Made by a program: the position numbers and the translations under genes
In this document: in pieces, positions 1-7,058 of the stretch
Layout: each line of letters begins with the position of its first letter
Numbering within the stretch: position 1 is the first letter of the stretch
The notes under the pieces: generated by a model
What the model saw: the letters and a program-made list of their open reading frames with translations, nothing else
Told to the model about the DNA's origin: nothing
The model's database searches: none
NCBI GenBank assembly: GCA_039798785.1
Contig: JBDKFG010000061.1
Location: 1 to 30,997 of the forward strand
Source: Verrucomicrobiota bacterium
GTDB lineage: Bacteria > Verrucomicrobiota > Lentisphaeria > Lentisphaerales > Lentisphaeraceae
Length of the DNA stretch: 30,997 nucleotides
Direction of reading: 5' to 3'

Positions 1-25
1 AATCTTTGATTTTGTTCGCGTTCTG

Positions 26-53
26 TTGAATCTTGAATTTTGAATCTTGAATC
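26..53. repeat. Tandem heptamer repeat (TTGAATY x4)
   Basis: TTGAATC TTGAATT TTGAATC TTGAATC read directly at 26-53. Confidence 0.85.
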
Positions 54-322
54 GGATTCCCGAGCTGAGCCCAAGCTCAGCTTCGGAATCCAGGATTATG
101 CCGAATTCTGTCGCTCGACCCCTTGCAGGTCGCACATGGTAGCCCAGGATCGAGCCGCATCGGCGATGACCCTGGGTTGGAGGTTTCCCTGGTTCGCCGA
201 CCCGCAAGGGGTCGGAACTCATTTTTGCCTCACACCCAGGGTCGAGGCGACCCTGGGCTGCCATTGGTGAGGGAAAAGCCGCGACCTGCGCCCATCGCGT
301 TCACCCAGCCCGATGGGCTGGG
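54..322. repeat. Cluster of REP-like palindromes (BIME/REPIN-like)
   Basis: Hairpins GGATTCC-cg-AGCTGAGC-ccaa-GCTCAGCT-tc-GGAATCC (54-91), CCGACCC-gcaag-GGGTCGG (197-215), CCCAGGGTCG-agg-CGACCCTGGG (235-257) and CCCAGCCC-gat-GGGCTGGG (304-322). GTAGCCCAGG at 139-148. Long-range inverted repeat GCAGGTCGC (125-133)/GCGACCTGC (281-289). Confidence 0.7.
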
Positions 323-399
323 CGATCAAAAGCGGTCACGCGCAAGCTCAGTCTCAGCACAATTGCGAAATCTTTTGTTTCATTTGAGCGACTGGGAGA

Positions 400-837
400 C
401 TATTCATCTGGAGCGTGGCGCCAGACGGGGAAAGAGATCGGCACTCCAGCGTCCTGGATTTTGTCGACCAAGTCGTTGATCGCCTGAATGTCGATGTCGA
501 CAGGCACATCAAAAGCCGACAAGCCATACTCGTCCCATGTCGTCAGGCTGCATCCTAGCGCCTGGATTTCCCGCCTGTAAAGACTGCTATCTACATCCCC
601 AGAATCCATGATGCGCACCAGCGAATGCCCCCCATTCACTCGTGCGGAGAACTCAAAAATGCAACCGTTGACGGGATCCGGTTCCGCACTGAAGCGATCG
701 CCTACCGCAAGACCTTTAACGAAGAAAGGAGTGCTGCGCACTTCAAACAGGCCATCGATCTCCACGCACCAAAGATGCTCGACCAAGACAGGAGGCCAAT
801 TCCCTTCGTCGTCTAAAGCAAAAGCCAGTTGCTTCAT
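400..837 (-). CDS. DUF4265-family protein (possible orphan immunity-type protein)
   Basis: C-terminal 145 aa of ORF 400..1599. ATG at 837 has GGAGG 8 nt upstream. Motifs EHLW, STPFFVKGLAVGD and GGHSLVRI resemble DUF4265. Visibly lower GC than its neighbours. Confidence 0.7.
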   Translation of the reverse strand: MKQLAFALDDEGNWPPVLVEHLWCVEIDGLFEVRSTPFFVKGLAVGDRFSAEPDPVNGCIFEFSARVNGGHSLVRIMDSGDVDSSLYRREIQALGCSLTTWDEYGLSAFDVPVDIDIQAINDLVDKIQDAGVPISFPVWRHAPDE

Positions 838-858
838 CGATGCCGCCTCCACTGATTT

Positions 859-876
859 TTTCGTGTCTTTCGTGGT
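859..876. repeat. Short 9-mer tandem repeat TTTCGTGTC-TTTCGTGGT
   Basis: Read directly between the gpsA stop and the DUF4265 RBS. Resembles a small extragenic repeat type common in PVC/Chloroflexi genomes (recollection, not searched). Confidence 0.5.
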
Positions 877-896
877 CAATCCGCAGAGCTCCGCCC

Positions 897-1886
897 TCAC
901 TCCGACTTGGCGTCGCGGGTCATCAGGCCGAGGATGGCTTCGCGGGGGCAGGCGCCGTGGTGCAAGACCAGGTTGCAGGCCTCGATGATCGGGGCCTTGA
1001 CTCCGAGGCGCTGCGCCAAGGCGGCGGCGGCGGCGGCGGTGGGAACCCCTTCGGCGACGTTGTGCCCCATGTCGGCCTGGATCGCGTCCCAAGTGGCGCC
1101 TTTGCCGAGGAGTTCGCCGACCCGGCGGTTGCGCGAGTGTTGCGAGGTGCAGGTGGTGATCAGGTCGCCGAGGCCGGACAGGCCGGCGAAGGTTTCGCGG
1201 CGGCCGCCGAGGGCTTCGCCGAGGCGGCCCATTTCGACCACGGCGCGAGTCATCAGGGCGGCCTTGGTGTTGTCGCCGAAGCCGAGGCCGTCGAGGACGC
1301 CGGCGCAGATGGCGTAGATGTTTTTCAAGGCGCCGCCGAGTTCGACGCCGGTGACGTCGGTGCTGGTGTAGACGCGGAAGCGCGGGCTCATGAAGGCCTT
1401 CTGGACGAGGCGGGCGAGTTCTTCGTCGGTCGCGGCGGCGACCAGGGCGGCGGGCATGCCTTGGATCACTTCTTCGGCATGCGAGGGGCCGGCGAGCATC
1501 GCATAGGGATGGGCGGGACCGAGGACCTCCGCCGCGAGCTCCGCCATCCGCTTCAGGCTGCTGCGTTCGATGCCCTTGGCGACGTTGACCACCGGGCACT
1601 GCAGGCCGAGGCGGCGCAGCTCCGCCAGGCTGCCGCGAAGATGCTGCGCCGGAGTGGTGACCAGGACGAGTTCGGCGTCTTCGATCGTCGCGGCGAAATC
1701 GGAGCTGATCCGGAGATTGTCATGGAGGCGATAGCCGGGCAGGTGCCAGAAATTTTCGCGGCGGCTGGCGACTTCCGCCATGTACTCGGGATTGCGGCCC
1801 CAGAGGGTCACTTCATGGCGGTTGTCGCAAAGGACTTGCGAGAGGGCGCTGCCGAAGGCTCCGGCGGTGATGACGGCGATCTTCAT
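897..1886 (-). CDS. gpsA: NAD(P)H-dependent glycerol-3-phosphate dehydrogenase
   Basis: Rossmann start KIAVITAGAFGSAL, KGIE, GPSHAEEV, GGALKNIYAI, GLGDLITTCTSQHSRN and VAEG. ATGA overlap with plsY. Confidence 0.96.
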   Translation of the reverse strand: MKIAVITAGAFGSALSQVLCDNRHEVTLWGRNPEYMAEVASRRENFWHLPGYRLHDNLRISSDFAATIEDAELVLVTTPAQHLRGSLAELRRLGLQCPVVNVAKGIERSSLKRMAELAAEVLGPAHPYAMLAGPSHAEEVIQGMPAALVAAATDEELARLVQKAFMSPRFRVYTSTDVTGVELGGALKNIYAICAGVLDGLGFGDNTKAALMTRAVVEMGRLGEALGGRRETFAGLSGLGDLITTCTSQHSRNRRVGELLGKGATWDAIQADMGHNVAEGVPTAAAAAALAQRLGVKAPIIEACNLVLHHGACPREAILGLMTRDAKSE

Positions 1887-2539
1887 TTCGATTCCTCCGC
1901 CTCATTTTTCCGTTTGAAGCTGCTCTCGGTGCCTTGGCGCAGGCGGGCGATGTTGGCGCGGTGGAGCCAGATCACCAGGATCGCCATCACCGCGAAGAGG
2001 ATCAGCGAGGGCAGGGGCAGCTTCTCGGAACCGTAGAGGCGTCCCTGGAAGACGGCGCAGAGCGGCAGAGCGATGGCTGCGACGATCGAGCCGAGGCTGA
2101 CGTAGCCGGAGAGGCGGAAGACGAGCAGCCAGACGATCAGGGCGATGGCGGTGGGCAGGGGGGCGACCGCCATGATCGCGCCGGCGGAGGTGGCGACGCC
2201 TTTGCCGCCCTTGAAGTTGACGAAGCAGGAGAAGACGTGGCCGAGGACGGTGGCGAAGACCGCGGTCAAGGGGAGCCAATCAATCCAGTCCTGGGCGTGG
2301 CGGCGGCAGAGTTCCTGGGCGAGGAGCACCGGCACCAGGCCCTTGCCGAAGTCGAGGACGAAGCAAGTGATGCCGAGGGGTTTGCCGAGGACCCGCAGGA
2401 CATTGGTGGCGCCGATGTTGCCGGAGCCGTGCTCGCGGATGTTGACGCCTTTCATCTTGCCGATGATCAGGCCGAAGGGGATGGCCCCGATGAGATAGGC
2501 GCCGAGGAGAATGCAGACCAAGGTGAGTGCGGGAGTCAT
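1883..2539 (-). CDS. plsY: Glycerol-3-phosphate acyltransferase PlsY
   Basis: YLIGAIPFG, GSGNIGATNVLR, LDFGKG, GHVFS, FKGGKGVAT and HRANIARL motifs. Several TM segments. Confidence 0.96.
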   Translation of the reverse strand: MTPALTLVCILLGAYLIGAIPFGLIIGKMKGVNIREHGSGNIGATNVLRVLGKPLGITCFVLDFGKGLVPVLLAQELCRRHAQDWIDWLPLTAVFATVLGHVFSCFVNFKGGKGVATSAGAIMAVAPLPTAIALIVWLLVFRLSGYVSLGSIVAAIALPLCAVFQGRLYGSEKLPLPSLILFAVMAILVIWLHRANIARLRQGTESSFKRKNEAEESK

Positions 2540-2648
2540 GAGGGGAACCTGGATTGTTGCGCTGTATTTACCGCAGCTTCAAGCGTCACCGCAGATCGGT
2601 TCGATCCGATTGATCGGACCGATGCGCCGCCGTTCGTGGCATCCGGCT

Positions 2649-3710
<1,062 letters not shown>

Positions 3711-3811
3711 AAGAATCAGGTCTTCCCTTGAATGGATGTTGACAAAATTTCGCCTCAAGATACGGCGGCGGACGGCAATAGCCAGTACTTCCGGAGCTGA
3801 CTTGTGAAGAT

Positions 3812-3840
3812 TTGACAGGACAAATTCCCGCCTGTATGGC
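3812..3840 (+). promoter_or_regulatory. Putative sigma70 promoter divergent from mreB
   Basis: TTGACA (3812-3817), 17-nt spacer, TATGGC (3835-3840). The -35 is perfect and the -10 is weak. Confidence 0.4.
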
Positions 3841-3846
3841 GCGGCA

Positions 3847-4078
3847 ACCAAGGAGGTCTGCGCTTGTTGCGGGATCTGTGAGCGAGAGATGCGTGGGGAG
3901 TGGAGGCTCGCTCAACTCCTTGACGCCTCTGACTTTTCGAAGGATCAGCGTTTCCATCAAGCTCGACCAATTCAGGAGTATCTTCCCCGGGAGGGGCCTC
4001 CTTTGAGCACAGGAGATCGAGTCAAGGAGGACTCATGCTACGCGACGAACAAGCCGCCGAGAGGACCCGGCGGCTTGT
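3847..4078 (+). ncRNA. Candidate structured small RNA (unassigned family)
   Basis: Follows the putative promoter. Helices 3850-3859/3994-4003, 3879-3886/3907-3914 and 3916-3924/4021-4029, UUCG- and GGGA-capped hairpins, 11 GGA motifs, and a final hairpin at 4049-4078. Confidence 0.35.
4049..4078. terminator. Hairpin, probable terminator of the porin gene (possibly bidirectional)
   Basis: ACAAGCCGCCG-agaggacc-CGGCGGCTTGT, a perfect 11-bp stem 16 nt after the porin stop. U-tract is weak. Confidence 0.6.
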
Positions 4079-4094
4079 AGGCAATCTCAGGTTT

Positions 4095-5477
4095 TCAGAA
4101 CTTGTATTCGAGCTGGGCCCAGACGATCTGCTTGTCGCTGGTGGGGTTGCCGGTCTCTTCGTCGGCGAAGTAGTAGCCGTATTTGGCCAGGGCGTTGATC
4201 TTCTGGCCAAAGACGGTGAAGTCGCGCGACCACATCAGGTCGATCTCGTCGCCGAGGTGGCCGTCGAAGTCCTTGGCGCCGCTGTAGTCGTTGGCGGTGT
4301 AGAACCAGTGGTAGGCGGCGGTGAACTTGCCGACCTCGTCGACCTTGACCGAGGCGTCGAGCCAGAGGTCCTGTAGGCCCTGCTTGAAGCCGCCGCCGTT
4401 GGTGCCGACGAAGAGGTCGGCCCAGCCGTTGAACTTGTGGGCGGTGCCGGCGAGGGTGTCGAAGCCGTAGTTGGCGGCGGAATCCTCGGCGCCGGAGAGA
4501 TAGGAGTAGCCGCCGCCGAGGCTGTATTTCTTCTCCAGCTCATAGGCGAGGTAGGCAGAGAGGAATTCGCCGTCGTGGCCGCCGTTGCCGCCGATGAAGT
4601 CCTGCTGGAGGGCGCCGGTGACATCGTAGTTGACGGCGTTCTTGTCGTCGATGTCGAAGCTGCCGTCGAGGCGCAGGCCTTCGGTGATGTTGTCGCGCTC
4701 GATGCGTTCGCCGTTGACCGCCTTGGCGGTGTTGTCGGCGTCGCAGTCGAGCATGTAGACGAAGGCCGAGGCGTTGTGCTTGCCGGCATAGTTGTAGCGG
4801 GCGTGGAGGACGCCGAAGTGGTTGAGCTCGTTGCTGCCTTGCTTGAGGTCTTGCGTCGGCTTCAGCAGGGTGGTCTGGATCTCCTTCAGCCAGGCGGCAG
4901 TCAGGGTGAGCTTGTCGATCGACTTGTTCTGCAGCATGATGCCGTCGAAGGACTGGCCGTTCTGGCGCCAGTCGATGGAGCCGACGAAGCGCTGGTCGTC
5001 GAGGTTGATCTCCTGGCGGCCGACGCGGACGAGGGTGTCGGGGATCCACTTGATGTCGGCATAGGCCTGGTGCAGGCGGAAGCCGTCGGGGTCGGCGATG
5101 ATGTCGCGTTTCGAGGCGGTGCCCTGGCGTCCGTCGGCATATTCATCCCAGGGGGTGGCGTTGCCGTGGCCCTGGGCGTAGAAGCTCAGGCCGCCGATTT
5201 CGGCGGTGCGGAAGCCGAGGCGGAGGCGGCTGGTGCCGGCCCAGGAATGCGGCTTGCCGTTCTCCTGGTCGACGTATTCGTAGCGCAGCCGGAGCTGGCC
5301 GTCGGCCTGGCCCTTGCTGAAGACCTCCTGGAAATTCTCGGCCTGCTGCGGCGCCGCCTTGGCGTCAGCGCTTTTTGCCGGCGGCGGTGTCGCCGGCGGC
5401 TTGGCAGCTTCGGAATTCTGGCCCAGGACGGTGCCGGCGCAGCCGATGATCAGGGGCAGGATAAAACGCGGATCCAT
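4095..5477 (-). CDS. Alginate-export-family outer-membrane beta-barrel (porin)
   Basis: Signal peptide, Pro/Ala linker, LRLRYEYVDQ, LHQAY, VGRQEINLDDQRFVGSIDWRQNGQSFDG, GTAHKFNGWADLF and C-terminal EYKF. GGAGG RBS. Confidence 0.85.
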   Translation of the reverse strand: MDPRFILPLIIGCAGTVLGQNSEAAKPPATPPPAKSADAKAAPQQAENFQEVFSKGQADGQLRLRYEYVDQENGKPHSWAGTSRLRLGFRTAEIGGLSFYAQGHGNATPWDEYADGRQGTASKRDIIADPDGFRLHQAYADIKWIPDTLVRVGRQEINLDDQRFVGSIDWRQNGQSFDGIMLQNKSIDKLTLTAAWLKEIQTTLLKPTQDLKQGSNELNHFGVLHARYNYAGKHNASAFVYMLDCDADNTAKAVNGERIERDNITEGLRLDGSFDIDDKNAVNYDVTGALQQDFIGGNGGHDGEFLSAYLAYELEKKYSLGGGYSYLSGAEDSAANYGFDTLAGTAHKFNGWADLFVGTNGGGFKQGLQDLWLDASVKVDEVGKFTAAYHWFYTANDYSGAKDFDGHLGDEIDLMWSRDFTVFGQKINALAKYGYYFADEETGNPTSDKQIVWAQLEYKF

Positions 5478-5546
5478 TTCTTACCTCCATTCTTATGTTT
5501 CGGGAGCAATGAAGCTTTAGCATTGGGGGGTGGCGGATCTCTGATG

Positions 5547-5570
5547 TAATATCATAAAAATATGATTTTA
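5547..5570. promoter_or_regulatory. AT-rich palindromic operator candidate
   Basis: TAAtATCATA-AAAA-TATGATtTTA, with 9 of 10 positions symmetric. Lies in an AT-rich patch about 70 nt upstream of the porin start. Confidence 0.5.
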
Positions 5571-6014
5571 AATTGTTTATAAATTCACATTTGAATCTCG
5601 AGTCCGTTTTTGGAGAGGGCGGGGGGCGTCGGCGGAGGAGCTTTTTTATAAAGTGCGTTGACAGGCTAGGTCAAAGCTTGAAGGGGTTCCGACCTGTCTC
5701 ACTCGAATTTTGGGGGCACAGTTTAGGAGGTCTGGTCACTGGGGAGTATGAGGAGTGCTTTGACTTTCCAACTCCCTCTTTGCGGATTCCCGGAATCCCT
5801 GAAAAGCAGCTTGAATGCATCTCAGTCCAAGCTCAATTCGGGGTGATATACGTCGAGATTTTCTTTCGTCGAATCTCGGCGCAGAGGATCACGGGGCGTG
5901 CTTTCCGATCGCCAAGGTTATTTGAAGCCGCGGACTTCGGTCCGGGCGGGATAGGAGCCCGGCGATTGCGGGATATAGTCGGCGCCGTCACAAAACAGAT
6001 TCCAAGGAGCCTCC

Positions 6015-7055
6015 ATGCGTGTACTTGTCAACGGGATGATCGCGGGCATGAAAGATCGTGAATACATCGACGAAGCTTTGGCGATTCTGGCCGGCAAGGG
6101 GATCGAAACCGCGCATTTCAACCTTATCGACCAGCTGGAGAAGACCGGCAACAAGACCTTGGCCCGGCTTCTAGGCACCACAGACTATCTTTTTCAGGTG
6201 ATGCGTGATCGTGAATACGCCAAGATCGGCTTCGAGCTGCAGCGTCTGCAATCGGCGAACGCGATCATCCGGGTGCCTGCCACCATCGAGTGGAACCATG
6301 TCAACTTCAAGCTGAAGGACCACAAGGAGATTGCGCGATTCATCGCTCCCGACGTCATCGTCACCCTGATCGAGGCGGAATGGGTGATTCGCGACAATCT
6401 GCGCAACATGGTGCCCAAAGATGCATTCCAGAAGAGCATCCAGGGCCAGGACTTCTCGGTGCGCGAGATCCTGTCGTGGATGAACGAGGAGGTGTCGCTG
6501 GCGGAAGACTGGGCGCGGCATCTCGGCGTCCGCCACTTCGTCATCCCCATCGGCCAGGGGGCCGAGAGCCTCGCCAAGCTGGTGGAGCATCGCGAAGTGC
6601 CGTCTTTCTACGTTTCCTATTCGATGACCCACTCGACGCCGGAGGTGCGAAAGGAGATCGACAAGACCATCGGCACCCTGCATGATTACGGGCTGGTGAT
6701 CGATCCTCAGGCGATCGAGATCGGCTCGACCTACGAGACCGAGCGCGACCGCCAGGCGACATACGCCTATACCGTGCACCGCGATCTTCATTGGTTCGTC
6801 GGCAAGGTCGATTCGGTGGTCGCCATTCACCCCTACACGGACGTGCCGCCGCTGTCGACGGGGATGATGGACGAGCTCGGTCATGCCCGCGACTATCTGA
6901 AGCGCCGCTACATGGTCTTCCCCAGCCACAAGCAATCGCCCTTCACCACCGATTCCTACATCGACAAGGGGCGGCTGGTGGCTTCGCCTGAGGAGCTTTT
7001 CCTGGTGATTGAGGATGAAGGTCTGCGCAAGCTGGGCGAGCGGCGCAAGGGCTGA
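6015..7055 (+). CDS. Fusion of an AdkA-like (P-loop NMP kinase fold, degenerate) domain and a nucleoside 2-deoxyribosyltransferase/Rcl-like N-glycosidase domain
   Basis: AAGGAG RBS and host-like codon usage. N-half: MRVLVNG, AIIRVPATI, PDVIVTLIE and EILSW..EE. C-half: FYVSYSMTH, VIDP, HRDL..VGKVDSVVA, STGMMDELGHA and SPF. Confidence 0.65.
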   Translation: MRVLVNGMIAGMKDREYIDEALAILAGKGIETAHFNLIDQLEKTGNKTLARLLGTTDYLFQVMRDREYAKIGFELQRLQSANAIIRVPATIEWNHVNFKLKDHKEIARFIAPDVIVTLIEAEWVIRDNLRNMVPKDAFQKSIQGQDFSVREILSWMNEEVSLAEDWARHLGVRHFVIPIGQGAESLAKLVEHREVPSFYVSYSMTHSTPEVRKEIDKTIGTLHDYGLVIDPQAIEIGSTYETERDRQATYAYTVHRDLHWFVGKVDSVVAIHPYTDVPPLSTGMMDELGHARDYLKRRYMVFPSHKQSPFTTDSYIDKGRLVASPEELFLVIEDEGLRKLGERRKG

Positions 7056-7058
7056 GTT

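Noticed and set aside
26..322. CRISPR array
   Set aside because: The repeats are 7-mers or heterogeneous palindromes without regular unique spacers, and no cas genes are present.
838..1599. 399-aa ORF 400..1599 as one protein, or a gpsA frameshift fusion
   Set aside because: The upstream part is an Arg/Pro-rich alternative frame of gpsA. gpsA is complete with its own stop, and the DUF4265 part has its own RBS and ATG at 837.
3850..4054. 5S rRNA, 6S RNA, SRP RNA, SAM/c-di-GMP riboswitch or retron ncRNA identity for the structured intergenic element
   Set aside because: It lacks the 5S CCGAAC motif, the SRP GGAA..AGCAG motif and the riboswitch core motifs. It does not fold by eye into a single 6S-like rod, and no reverse transcriptase is in the window.
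4035..4376. 113-aa + strand ORF with a perfect SD
   Set aside because: Not accepted as a CDS: it is mostly antisense to the porin and crosses the terminator hairpin. Kept only as a speculative note in findings.
5573..6061. 162-aa ORF in the porin/kinase intergenic region
   Set aside because: TTG start without an RBS inside an AT-rich promoter patch, atypical codon usage, no recognisable motif, and overlap with the next gene.
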